The notes: generated by a model not told the origin, from the sequence alone. A stretch of DNA of 64,000 nucleotides from a virus (IMGVR_UViG_3300035212_002004:104100-168099); one strand, 5' to 3'; counted from the stretch's first letter, positions 40,716 through 49,522 are shown. A program made the numbers and translations.

Positions 40716-41516
40716 TTAATAATTTAGGTTAACATACCCATAATCTAAATATTGTTGTAGCAATCTATAATGAACCTTTTTAAGTGATTTTATTACTTTA
40801 GTAATTTGAGGAGTATCTTGATCAGTTTGTTCTCTAATATAAATGTATATTCCTTTTTTATTAAAAATATCTAAACTTTCTCTATGTCTAAATAATTGAA
40901 TTATAGCATCTGCAGTTTTAGCATCTTCTTGATCAGGAAATATTCTAAATAGGTGTAGATCTACATATGCTATAAATTTATTTAGAAAATAATTTTCACC
41001 CATTAAAACATCATCTACTCCTTTTGAATTATTAACTATATTTAAAACAATAGTTTGATCTTCATCTATAGCTTCTACTTCAGCTTTATTTTTTAATTTT
41101 TCATAATTTTTATTATTATAAAGAATTAAATAACGTTTAGCAATAGTACCAAAATAAGAATAAGCTTTACCTTTTGATTGATTATATAAATGAAGTTTTT
41201 CAAGTAAAAATGAAATTACTTCATGCTGAAGTTCTGCTATTGTTTCTACCTCAGTATAATAGAATTTAAAGGTATGGATTATATTTTCTGTTAATTTAAA
41301 AAAACCATAATCAATACGTTCATTATAAATTCTATTTCTTTTATTAGGGTCAGTTTCAGCTAAATATTCTATAATAGCATCCTCTGTATCTTGAGTAAAA
41401 TATTGTTTTTTCTCTTTAGGTTTTCTCTTTCGAATTGTTCCTTTCTTTGTGAATTGTACCCCAGTTTCTTCTTGAGGTACAATTAATATATTTTTTACTG
41501 ATATTTCTACTTCCAT
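40716..41516 (-). CDS. candidate phage-encoded sigma factor (sigma-70 region 2-like; T4 gp55-like late sigma candidate)
   Basis: LHLYNQSKGKAYSYFGTIAKRYLI aligns with sigma region 2.2-2.3 (KFDP.RG.KFSTYATWWIRQAI). Sits immediately upstream of the structural module. Confidence 0.5.
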   Translation of the reverse strand: MEVEISVKNILIVPQEETGVQFTKKGTIRKRKPKEKKQYFTQDTEDAIIEYLAETDPNKRNRIYNERIDYGFFKLTENIIHTFKFYYTEVETIAELQHEVISFLLEKLHLYNQSKGKAYSYFGTIAKRYLILYNNKNYEKLKNKAEVEAIDEDQTIVLNIVNNSKGVDDVLMGENYFLNKFIAYVDLHLFRIFPDQEDAKTADAIIQLFRHRESLDIFNKKGIYIYIREQTDQDTPQITKVIKSLKKVHYRLLQQYLDYGYVNLNY

Positions 41517-41517
41517 A

Positions 41518-41796
41518 TTATTTTATAAATTTTATATAATCTGAAAGAGCTTCTTGTATTACTTTTAGATTTGTAAAGAAAAAACCTACTTCATCATCTG
41601 ATTGGAATAATTGTTTATTATCTATTTCTTTAATTTTTAATTCAGATTGTTTAACTAAATCATAAAATTCTAAAATATATTTTTCTTGAACTGCAATTTG
41701 AGTTTCAAGTTTTTCTGTTTTTTTAAGCAAATTCCAAATTATATATCCTATAATTCCGAATATAATTACTCCTATATTAATTAAAATTAATGTCAT
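41518..41796 (-). CDS. small membrane protein (N-terminal TM helix)
   Basis: MTLILINIGVIIFGIIGYIIW hydrophobic span. Confidence 0.5.
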   Translation of the reverse strand: MTLILINIGVIIFGIIGYIIWNLLKKTEKLETQIAVQEKYILEFYDLVKQSELKIKEIDNKQLFQSDDEVGFFFTNLKVIQEALSDYIKFIK

Positions 41797-41797
41797 T

Positions 41798-42559
41798 TTA
41801 TATATTATTTAAAAGATTAGCAAAAGGTGCATTAGCATTAGATAAAGTAGGTGCCTTAGTAGCATATTTAATAGGTGCTTTTATTTCTACTTTTTTATCT
41901 TTACCTAATTTAGGTAACCATTCTTTTTCAAACTCAATACGAGACGCCATTAAATCGGCTTGATGTAAGATAAAAGGTAAAGATGTTCTTGGTTTTTGAC
42001 CAGGTGTAAATGACATTAAATATTTTTTATTACCTTCATCATAAATACCATCATGTGTTTGGATTGCAACCATTTCATTAAAAGTATATTTAATACCAAA
42101 ATCTTGAAGTAAAAATAAAGATCTATCTGGGACTGATGCAAATGCTAATTTTTCATTAAACATATAATCTTCTCCTAATTTTTCTTGTCTCCATTTATCA
42201 GTCTGAGGAATATAAGATTCGTTTTGTTCATCTCCTATTTTACCTAAGTCATGATTTAAAGCTGAGAATACTAATTCTTCAACAGTATAAGTAGAGTCAT
42301 CTACTCCCATTTCCTTCCAAACTTCATTTAATTTAAGAGCACTATCTATAACTCTTATAACATGATCAACATATCCACCTGGGAAGGCATTATGGTATTC
42401 TTTCTTATACGAAGCAGGCATCATAATAATACGTTCTTGAAATCTAGAATAAAAATCTTTAAGTTGTGAACGTCTAGGTTCTTCAATATAAGCATCTATT
42501 CTAGACATTAAAACATACCAATTTTGAGATATTTGTTCTGCTGTAAGTTTTAATTCCAT
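41798..42559 (-). CDS. HD-domain phosphohydrolase
   Basis: H...HD...H...D metal-binding pattern (DHVIRV, ALNHDLGK, THDGIY, HQADLM). Confidence 0.7.
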   Translation of the reverse strand: MELKLTAEQISQNWYVLMSRIDAYIEEPRRSQLKDFYSRFQERIIMMPASYKKEYHNAFPGGYVDHVIRVIDSALKLNEVWKEMGVDDSTYTVEELVFSALNHDLGKIGDEQNESYIPQTDKWRQEKLGEDYMFNEKLAFASVPDRSLFLLQDFGIKYTFNEMVAIQTHDGIYDEGNKKYLMSFTPGQKPRTSLPFILHQADLMASRIEFEKEWLPKLGKDKKVEIKAPIKYATKAPTLSNANAPFANLLNNI

Positions 42560-42732
42560 TAATTTTCAGTATTAGTATTAATAAGTGTTTGAATATCAGC
42601 TATTTTTTCTCTCATCCCTTCCATAAATTCTTTAGCTTGATATATATCTTGCATGTTAATTAAATAAGTTAGTTGGTGAAAACTATTATCTAATTGTTCT
42701 AATTTGTCCGAAACTAATTGTTTATATCTCAT
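42559..42732 (-). CDS. small hypothetical protein (57 aa), not in ORF track
   Basis: ATG 42732. Stop TAA overlaps HD-gene ATG (TAATG). Confidence 0.4.
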   Translation of the reverse strand: MRYKQLVSDKLEQLDNSFHQLTYLINMQDIYQAKEFMEGMREKIADIQTLINTNTEN

Positions 42733-42738
42733 TTTATT

Positions 42739-43023
42739 TTATTGATTAAATATTTGTATTAATTCAGTGATTGAATTATATATTTTAATTCTAGGGTTAA
42801 TAGGTAAAGATGTATAAGGTAAAAACATAATAGGTTCAATTTTATTAACTAAAACCATAGGATAAGAAGTACATTTATATACATTTTCTAATTTATCTCC
42901 TAATTCATTATTTTTACTAATATTAATATATTGATATTGAATATTATTTTCATCTAATCCATTCCTTAATGCATTACATTTATCACACGTTTCTAACGCA
43001 TATACCATTATACCATTTCCCAT
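42739..43023 (-). CDS. glutaredoxin-like protein (NrdH/Grx fold, CxxC)
   Basis: VYALETCDKCNAL CxxC motif at N-terminus, 94 aa. Confidence 0.6.
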   Translation of the reverse strand: MGNGIMVYALETCDKCNALRNGLDENNIQYQYINISKNNELGDKLENVYKCTSYPMVLVNKIEPIMFLPYTSLPINPRIKIYNSITELIQIFNQ

Positions 43024-43137
43024 CTTTCTTTATCTCTCATTTTGCATTTTTTGTTCATTTATTTTTCTCTTACTTTTAACATACGATTAGTATCTCTATA
43101 AGCCAAGCTTTTTGTCATAAGCTTTTAAAAATATTCA

Positions 43138-43428
43138 TTATTTTATGAATTCTTCAAAAGGTTGGGTATTAAGTGGGGAATCCTGTAGGTCATATATTTC
43201 ATCGAACCCTACAAGTTGGTAATTAACCTCCAAGATTCTACCCTGAGTCTCAGGAGACATCATATGAATATACTCTCCAAAATCTTCTTGTAACTCATTA
43301 AGTAATTTACTTATTTCATTTTTATCAAAGTCTTCTCCTTTAGAAATAATTTCAACCATCTCTAAAGTTTGATTGATTATAGGTTCTAAATAAGGAATAA
43401 GTTGTTTTTCTAAATTATCTTCTATCAT
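43138..43428 (-). CDS. hypothetical acidic protein
   Basis: 96-aa ORF. Confidence 0.45.
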   Translation of the reverse strand: MIEDNLEKQLIPYLEPIINQTLEMVEIISKGEDFDKNEISKLLNELQEDFGEYIHMMSPETQGRILEVNYQLVGFDEIYDLQDSPLNTQPFEEFIK

Positions 43429-43603
43429 TATGATGTTTAATTATTTCTTTTATAAATTGATAAGAAATTAAAGGCCAAAATATTATAGTTCCTAAAGCAT
43501 CTCTAGCTGTAAATTTTTCTCCTATAGGTGAAAAATACATTAATAAATAAAACCCTAATGAAATAAAATAACCTATAATAAGGTAATTAATAATGTAATC
43601 CAT
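43415..43603 (-). CDS. small membrane protein
   Basis: Two hydrophobic segments in 62 aa. Confidence 0.45.
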   Translation of the reverse strand: MDYIINYLIIGYFISLGFYLLMYFSPIGEKFTARDALGTIIFWPLISYQFIKEIIKHHNDRR

Positions 43604-43609
43604 ATTTTT

Positions 43610-44245
43610 TTAATATTTAATTAATTCTCCATTATAAAAATCTTTACCTATTAATATAAGTACTTCAAGAGCATCTTCTAAACTAATTTCAAAAAATTCC
43701 CTAGAAGAGCCTTGATGACTATTTCTCCTTAAAAATTCCAATTTATTATGTATTAAATTTTCAACTTTATAATCATCAGTAACTGGTAAAGCATATTTTA
43801 AATCCCATTCAGAAACAGTTCCTGCTCCATTTATCTGTTTAACTCTTTTAGAGGGGGTTATAGCTTTACCTATTTTACAATAACCAGGATATGCATCATT
43901 AATTAAAATGTAAACATATTGGCCTCTAGAATGCAACTCATCCAATTGCACCTTACCCGCTACCCCTTTTGCGTACATATATACCCAATTTACTGTAAAA
44001 GGTTCATCTTCTTTTTCAAATTTATATTCAATTCTATAATTAAAATCAATAAAATTAAAAAATTTATTTAAAGATATTTTCCTATATTTAGAAATTAAAT
44101 CTTGCCAATTTTGCCTCCAAAGAGAATATTGGGGTAAATCGTTTAAAGGGGATAAAACACGTCCTGAGTGGTAAATATTAATATCACCGTTATTTTCCAT
44201 TTTTATAGCCTGAATAACTGATAATACATTATCGGGGTATGACAT
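43610..44245 (-). CDS. T5orf172 (GIY-YIG-like) domain protein
   Basis: YVYILINDAYPGYCKIGKAITPSKRVKQ ... EFFEISLEDALEVL matches the T5orf172 signature. Confidence 0.6.
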   Translation of the reverse strand: MSYPDNVLSVIQAIKMENNGDINIYHSGRVLSPLNDLPQYSLWRQNWQDLISKYRKISLNKFFNFIDFNYRIEYKFEKEDEPFTVNWVYMYAKGVAGKVQLDELHSRGQYVYILINDAYPGYCKIGKAITPSKRVKQINGAGTVSEWDLKYALPVTDDYKVENLIHNKLEFLRRNSHQGSSREFFEISLEDALEVLILIGKDFYNGELIKY

Positions 44246-44266
44246 AACTTTTTGGAGTAAAGGGGT

Positions 44267-44497
44267 TTATCTTATTATTATTGCTTTCACTATAGTCTTA
44301 TCTGTGTATGTATGATGTTCACTCACAACCTCATGTGAACCATAATACCATTTATCATTCACTTCTAAGGCTACATCTACAATAGTTGAGAATGATGTTC
44401 CTACATCATCCACTCCTCCTTCATATCCTCTAGTCATTACTAATACTTCTTGATCTTCGATTTGAGATAGTTCCTCAATTAATTGTTTTACTGTCAT
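44267..44497 (-). CDS. hypothetical protein
   Basis: 76-aa ORF. Confidence 0.45.
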   Translation of the reverse strand: MTVKQLIEELSQIEDQEVLVMTRGYEGGVDDVGTSFSTIVDVALEVNDKWYYGSHEVVSEHHTYTDKTIVKAIIIR

Positions 44498-44500
44498 GGT

Positions 44501-44689
44501 TTATTTTATTGCTGTTACAAGTATATGTTTAAATTGTTTCTCATCATCAAAGAGGTATTGTATGAATCGTACTTCATAGTGATTACCTCCTATGGAGATT
44601 AATTCTCCTATCCTGGGTTTTGCTATCTCTGTTTCGAAATCATACTCTGTATGACCTCCTTTCATTAGAACCATTCTAGACTTTATCAT
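44501..44689 (-). CDS. hypothetical protein
   Basis: 62-aa ORF. Confidence 0.4.
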   Translation of the reverse strand: MIKSRMVLMKGGHTEYDFETEIAKPRIGELISIGGNHYEVRFIQYLFDDEKQFKHILVTAIK

Positions 44690-44899
44690 AATTTCTCTAT
44701 TTCTTGTTTAACTTGTTGCCAATAATCAACTGGGTGTATACCAAATGCATTTTTTTCACTTAATAAATGTGTCTTTATTATTTCATCAACTGCTATTAAT
44801 GCACATTATTTGGCCACATAAATATTTATTTTAGTATGTGCACCTGTACTTAACTTAAACTTATCAACTAATTCTACTGCTTTTTCCTTTGGTGTCATA

Positions 44900-45088
44900 C
44901 TATTCATCAATTGTTAAAAAGAATGCAATTATTGCAGACAGTATCACATACATTCTAACTATTGCCCATTGAATGTCTACCTCAAGAATACTCCATGATA
45001 TAAAACATCCTACTAAATACACTACTGCACAAAGTGCTAGAGGCATTAGTATAAACATTCCTAAGTAAATCTGTAAAAACTTTTTCAT
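44900..45088 (-). CDS. small membrane protein
   Basis: 62 aa, two TM-like segments. Confidence 0.45.
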   Translation of the reverse strand: MKKFLQIYLGMFILMPLALCAVVYLVGCFISWSILEVDIQWAIVRMYVILSAIIAFFLTIDE

Positions 45089-45291
45089 AACTTTTTAATT
45101 CTAATTGTGAATACTTTTTCTATCTTTCTCGATCCGGCCTTATCTCTTTTACTTACATATTTCATTAATGACATATGACTATTCTTTTTCTTCAATGTGA
45201 ATGTTTCTGCATCCCAATAATCACTAAAAATAATTATATATCCTATCCAATTGCAAAATTTCCAATAGAATTTACTTATAAATTTTCTCAA
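45085..45291 (-). CDS. hypothetical protein
   Basis: 68-aa ORF, ATGA overlap. Confidence 0.4.
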   Translation of the reverse strand: MRKFISKFYWKFCNWIGYIIIFSDYWDAETFTLKKKNSHMSLMKYVSKRDKAGSRKIEKVFTIRIKKL

Positions 45292-45425
45292 AGCTTTTAA
45301 TTTAAATTTTCAATAGGTAATATACGAAACGTATCTTAGAAAACCAAGCCCTCCGCCACAAGTATATATGTGGGGAGGGCAAAAAATTTTTTAAAATCTC
45401 TTTTTACGAATTTATGAAAAAATAT

Positions 45426-45656
45426 TTAATTCCACTCTTCGAAATCCCTATCTGGTTCATTTTCATACGCACCATCATCTATATCATCAACTATCATATC
45501 AAGTTGAGATTGTGCGTTCTCTAAATGGGAAATAACGTTATCTTCAATTTCCATTATTAAGTCATTATTATCCATGCCCTCTAATAGTGTGGCTAAATCT
45601 TCCATCATTAAAGATAAAGTTTTGCTTGCCATCAATAATACTTTCATCTGTTTCAT
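45426..45656 (-). CDS. hypothetical acidic protein
   Basis: 76-aa ORF. Confidence 0.45.
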   Translation of the reverse strand: MKQMKVLLMASKTLSLMMEDLATLLEGMDNNDLIMEIEDNVISHLENAQSQLDMIVDDIDDGAYENEPDRDFEEWN

Positions 45657-45783
45657 TTTGTTTTATTTTAAGTTTAGTATAAGTATATGTCTAATTGGGA
45701 AACCTGCACTTATTGTTGGTATATTTGTATATATGGGGATTTGGTGTAAAGATCGTTTTCGATCTGTAAGGTGTGGAAATTTT

Positions 45784-45868
45784 GCCATGTTCATACACGT
45801 GCCCGTCACGGACAGCAACGACGCGTGGGCATCCGGTAGTGTATCGGCATCGTTCGGTGCCGCATCGT
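45784..45868. other. GC-rich (~60% GC) structured segment in an AT-rich genome; possible small structured RNA or foreign remnant
   Basis: Palindromes CCGTcACGG and CGGCA-tcgttcgg-TGCCG. Lies in the 5' region of 45426..45656 and lacks the usual promoter box. Confidence 0.3.
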
Positions 45869-45913
45869 GAAGAAGAAAAAGGACAGAGAAAGGAGATCTA
45901 TTTCTAGATCCCC
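45869..45913 (-). terminator. rho-independent terminator (GGaGATCTA-tttc-TAGATCcCC stem + T-tract on minus strand)
   Basis: 9-bp stem with one mismatch. Minus-strand TTTCTCTGTCCTTTTTCTTCTTC follows. Confidence 0.55.
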
Positions 45914-45940
45914 ATACTCAGGTGTGTATATGGTGGGTTT

Positions 45941-46174
45941 TTAATTTAAACCCATACCTTCGTATTGAAGTAATGAATTACACACGTAGCGTTGAATGGC
46001 GTTTATATTAGTGCATTTGTTGACGTTGTTAACAATAACGTTTTTATCTATGCCATTTATACCTTTACTGGTGATAAATTCAACAATAAACGATTTAGCT
46101 TTGTTTACATCACGCATGGTGAATACTTCAACTGCAATTTGTTCAAACACCGATTTAATTTTTAAATTTTTCAT
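45941..46174 (-). CDS. hypothetical protein
   Basis: 77-aa ORF. Confidence 0.45.
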   Translation of the reverse strand: MKNLKIKSVFEQIAVEVFTMRDVNKAKSFIVEFITSKGINGIDKNVIVNNVNKCTNINAIQRYVCNSLLQYEGMGLN

Positions 46175-46230
46175 AACGTTTAATTTTAAAATTCCATTAA
46201 ATATACGAAATTAATTTTAAACCTCCAATA

Positions 46231-46467
46231 CTATATTTGAATGCTTTTTAAGGTATTACTGAGTACGGTATAAGAGGCTCCACGTTTATCTTTAATGGTA
46301 GACTTGGCCTCGCCATATTCCATTAACATACCTATTATGTTTATATTACCCGCTGTTTTAGCCTGATAAATACATCCGATTAATGGTTTAGAAGGGGGAG
46401 CAATATAGTCTTTATACTTCTTATATTCCTTAATATATTTTTTACTGGCTATAGTAGGTAATTTCAA
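46231..46467 (-). CDS. hypothetical protein
   Basis: 78-aa ORF. Confidence 0.45.
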   Translation of the reverse strand: MKLPTIASKKYIKEYKKYKDYIAPPSKPLIGCIYQAKTAGNINIIGMLMEYGEAKSTIKDKRGASYTVLSNTLKSIQI

Positions 46468-46488
46468 TACAATGATTTTATTAATTAG

Positions 46489-46520
46489 GAGGGGAGTTAA
46501 CTCTTAACCCCCCTCACCCA
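46489..46520 (-). terminator. GC-rich stem-loop (GGGGaGTTAA-ctc-TTAACcCCCC)
   Basis: Immediately downstream of 46529..46921 stop. Confidence 0.4.
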
Positions 46521-46528
46521 CTATATTA

Positions 46529-46921
46529 TTACTCTGCTTTCGGTGCGGCTGGTCTACCTCTTTTAAGTGTACCCGCGGCGCGTCTTGCTTCCAATTCCAC
46601 TTTGCGTTTGTATGCGGCGCTTTCAGGATTTGGTTTTCTACCTAATGGCAGTGTACCCATTAGTGATAATCTAATTTGTCTGTTACTATCTTCAACAATT
46701 GGGCGACCACGTCTCAATTCACCTGATGCCCTTCTAGCCTCTAATTCTTGTAGGCGTAACTGACGATTACTTGAAGCATTCACCGGGCGACCTTTTCTAA
46801 CTGTTACACCATGTGTTGCGGCTAGTAGTGATTCCAAATAATCTGTCTTGCATTGGTGGGCTGGTTTCTCAGTTGCTAACCCTAATTCTTTTACTTTTGC
46901 AATAATTTCAATTCTGTTCAT
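46529..46921 (-). CDS. DNA-binding protein: Rho_N/HeH-like N-terminal motif + two AT-hook (R/KGRP) repeats; GC-elevated gene
   Basis: RIEIIAKVKELGL... HeH-like. Internal repeat LQELEARRASGELRRGRPI / KVELEARRAAGTLKRGRPA. Gene GC visibly higher than flanks. Confidence 0.55.
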   Translation of the reverse strand: MNRIEIIAKVKELGLATEKPAHQCKTDYLESLLAATHGVTVRKGRPVNASSNRQLRLQELEARRASGELRRGRPIVEDSNRQIRLSLMGTLPLGRKPNPESAAYKRKVELEARRAAGTLKRGRPAAPKAE

Positions 46922-47199
46922 AACATTTTACTTTTTTAATTAAACTTAATTTTTTAACTTAATAACACTTAAATATACGAAATAATTTTTAATGAGCCAA
47001 GCCGTGTTTAAAAATCGTTTTTAATCATTTCATTTATTTTATGTCTTAACTCCCTTAACATTACACTTGTTAAAGTGGTTCTGTCAAATTGTGCTTCGTG
47101 TAGGTGGTTTATTAATTCCCTTATCACAATAAATTTTTCATTTACTAATTGATTTTCTTTAGCCATTTCTAACTCTGTCATAACATAATATTTTTAAAA

Positions 47200-47415
47200 T
47201 TATACTGAAATATACGAAATTATAATTGGATTGCCAAGCAATGTATATACTTTTTTATTAGTGAAAGGAACGGACTCATGACTGAACAAAAGTGCCCATA
47301 CCTGCCTTGGTAGTTCACCCGACCCATCTAGTGTTTCCACATGCGTCACCCCATTTTTCACCCCCATTACCCCTAATACACCTTCGGAATCCATATTAGA
47401 GGTGGGGATGTACAT
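47200..47415 (-). CDS. hypothetical protein (GC-elevated)
   Basis: 71-aa ORF. Confidence 0.4.
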   Translation of the reverse strand: MYIPTSNMDSEGVLGVMGVKNGVTHVETLDGSGELPRQVWALLFSHESVPFTNKKVYTLLGNPIIISYISV

Positions 47416-47576
47416 TATACAACCTTAGGTAATTTCACCTTATTCACCACTTTATCAATAGCATTTTTGATATCTAATACCTCGTCCACCATCATTTTAG
47501 TAGTGTCATACCCTAGTTTTTGTAACATTTCATCAATAATCATTACTTTATCTATCAACCCTAATTCTGTTTTCAT
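47415..47576 (-). CDS. small hypothetical protein (53 aa), not in ORF track
   Basis: ATG 47576 preceded by promoter box. Stop overlaps next ATG (TAATG). Confidence 0.45.
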   Translation of the reverse strand: MKTELGLIDKVMIIDEMLQKLGYDTTKMMVDEVLDIKNAIDKVVNKVKLPKVV

Positions 47577-47715
47577 AACACATATTATTTAACTTATTAA
47601 TACTTAAATATACGAATTATTATTTTACTCTCCTAACACACTCGTCGGGGAGTTATTTGTGTTTTGTCCCCGACGTCACTTGTGTTATCGCTGATATTAA
47701 TTTTCTTGTTTTGTA

Positions 47716-48015
47716 TTATGCAACTAACACTTTTGGTTCATTGAACCATATTATATCAACACTTCCTTCTCTCCAATTATCACTAATCATTACCCCATCT
47801 AATAGGTTATGTTCTTCATGGTTCATGTTATACCACTTCGAGATATAATTATATTTTTCTCCACATGCAAATCCTATTGGTTCACCCCCACACATACTCC
47901 CTATTCTATAACCCATTTCTCTCAATTGTTTCTCAGCTTCATAATGTGAACTAAATGTACCTTCTACTTTCACATTCACACTTTTAACTACTTCTCTACC
48001 TAAATACTTTTCCAT
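47716..48015 (-). CDS. hypothetical protein
   Basis: 99-aa ORF preceded by promoter box. Confidence 0.5.
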   Translation of the reverse strand: MEKYLGREVVKSVNVKVEGTFSSHYEAEKQLREMGYRIGSMCGGEPIGFACGEKYNYISKWYNMNHEEHNLLDGVMISDNWREGSVDIIWFNEPKVLVA

Positions 48016-48033
48016 AACATAATATTTTTTAAA

Positions 48034-48053
48034 TTTATACTTAAATATACGAA
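48034..48053 (-). promoter_or_regulatory. representative copy of the recurrent promoter-like box (minus strand TTCGTATATTTAAGTATAAA; -10-like TATAAT/TATAAA ~17 nt before ATG)
   Basis: One of ~30 copies between 45.3 and 62 kb, e.g. near 46969, 47603, 48339, 48722, 49057, 49481, 50005, 50183, 50722, 51382, 52195, 52723, 53026, 53703, 53940, 54777, 55505, 56567, 57221, 58565, 58950, 59915, 61418, 61960. Each sits 35-45 nt upstream of a minus-strand ATG. Confidence 0.6.
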
Positions 48054-48158
48054 TTAATTTTTAACAGTCCTAATATTAATCCATCAAAGCTATACAAGCT
48101 CCTAAACCTACTACAATTACTATACCTGCTATAAATCCTATTATCATAATATATGTTT

Positions 48159-48314
48159 TTAAAGTACGTTAAGGAATTTAGATAAAATCACTACCCAAAC
48201 AAAACAAATAATTGCAACTGCATAGGGGCCAAATTCAGTTGATAATCTAAGAGATGTGATTGAATTGATCAACCAGATGAAGAAGAACTTGATGTTTCTT
48301 AATGACTTTTTCAT
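48159..48314 (-). CDS. small membrane protein (51 aa), not in ORF track
   Basis: ATG 48314 preceded by promoter box. Hydrophobic. Confidence 0.4.
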   Translation of the reverse strand: MKKSLRNIKFFFIWLINSITSLRLSTEFGPYAVAIICFVWVVILSKFLNVL

Positions 48315-48482
48315 AACATTTTATTTTTAAATTTATACTTAAATATACGAAATAAATTTAATACATCCTAATACCCTATTTAACTGGATTTAGTAAGGTC
48401 ATACATGAATACAGCCCAAGCAGTTATTATTACTACCTTTAGAATATTAGCCCATTGTTGTTGTGATATCTTTCTCATATTT

Positions 48483-48698
48483 CTATTCTTGTACATCACA
48501 TATACCTTGTGATAGGATATAATCATATAAACAATCCATTTTTCTTTCAAACGATAGATTAATTATATAACTTTGTATTATATGACTTTGTTTCAAGAAC
48601 TCAGTAATAACATTATCATCTAATAGAGACAAGTCAACATGACCATAATTCTCTCTAAAATACATTCTAACATCTTCAACTGTTTGATCTAATTTCAT
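48483..48698 (-). CDS. hypothetical protein
   Basis: 71-aa ORF with promoter box. Confidence 0.5.
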   Translation of the reverse strand: MKLDQTVEDVRMYFRENYGHVDLSLLDDNVITEFLKQSHIIQSYIINLSFERKMDCLYDYILSQGICDVQE

Positions 48699-48770
48699 AA
48701 CACTTTATTTTTTAAAATTATACTTAAATATACGAATAAAAAATTAAGGGGCCTAATACATGGCCCCTTT
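48696..48770 (-). repeat. promoter + stem-loop intergenic cassette, copy A (near-identical to 49029..49102)
   Basis: ~75-nt near-identical repeat including the AAGGGGCC-n8-GGCCCCTT hairpin and promoter box. Confidence 0.7.
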
Positions 48771-48773
48771 AAA

Positions 48774-49031
48774 TTAATCTTCAAATACTATTAAATCTTC
48801 AAATTTGTATTTAACAGTCACTTTCTTGTTCATTACAAATGTGAATCCGGTAAAACCTACTCTACCTATTTTTGATACATTTGCATGATGTCTTGAATAT
48901 ATTACTATGTCATCAATAGACGATCTACTTTCTTTCATGATACATTCATCATATTTAAAAGTTTCAGCTCCTTTATAATCTATTCCTTTCACTTTAAACG
49001 ATACTCCTGATTCAAATTGCTCTTTTGTCAT
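48774..49031 (-). CDS. hypothetical protein
   Basis: 85-aa ORF. Confidence 0.5.
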   Translation of the reverse strand: MTKEQFESGVSFKVKGIDYKGAETFKYDECIMKESRSSIDDIVIYSRHHANVSKIGRVGFTGFTFVMNKKVTVKYKFEDLIVFED

Positions 49032-49102
49032 AACACTTTATTTTTTAAAATTATACTTAAATATACGAATAAAAAATTAAGGGGCCTAATACAAGGCCCC
49101 TT
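49029..49102 (-). repeat. promoter + stem-loop intergenic cassette, copy B
   Basis: Differs from copy A by one loop base. Confidence 0.7.
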
Positions 49103-49108
49103 ATTTAA

Positions 49109-49456
49109 TTACTCATTATCTTCATCTTCCTCTAATGGTTCAAAAGCTTCTGTTAAACTATTCTCAATACAATCTCTAATTACATCAAAATTGATTGGAA
49201 CATCTGTCACTTCAATTCTTTTATCATAATTTAATTCAAACTCAACATCATCAAAACAAATAATATTGTTTCTACACGTTGATTCTTCTTCAATTGCCTC
49301 TACAATACTTTGAGCAATCTCTCTCAATTGAGTGACTGATAATTTAGGCTTCACTTGTTCTTCTTCAATCTTCTCTATAAGATTGACTACTTGTTCTGCT
49401 GAATAGAATCCAGGCATTTGATCTCTTAATAAATCAATCGTTTGCGATTTTGTCAT
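49109..49456 (-). CDS. hypothetical acidic protein
   Basis: 115-aa ORF. Confidence 0.5.
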   Translation of the reverse strand: MTKSQTIDLLRDQMPGFYSAEQVVNLIEKIEEEQVKPKLSVTQLREIAQSIVEAIEEESTCRNNIICFDDVEFELNYDKRIEVTDVPINFDVIRDCIENSLTEAFEPLEEDEDNE

Positions 49457-49522
49457 AACATTTTATTTTTTAAAATTATACTTAAATATACGAATTTTAT
49501 TTTAATAAACCTAATACACTAT

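Noticed and set aside
44690-44899. Gene-free ~210-bp stretch with a 7-bp inverted repeat (TGCACAT...ATGTGCA) and only fragmentary ORFs
   Set aside because: Lacks the promoter box and any ORF over 30 aa. Probably a decayed gene remnant. Insufficient evidence for a specific element.
45657-45790. Possible 43-aa minus-strand ORF (MNMAKFPHLTDRKRSLHQIPIYTNIPTISAGFPIRHILILNLK) spanning the GC-rich segment
   Set aside because: No promoter box and odd composition. More likely non-coding structured DNA/RNA. Kept only as part of the GC-rich finding.
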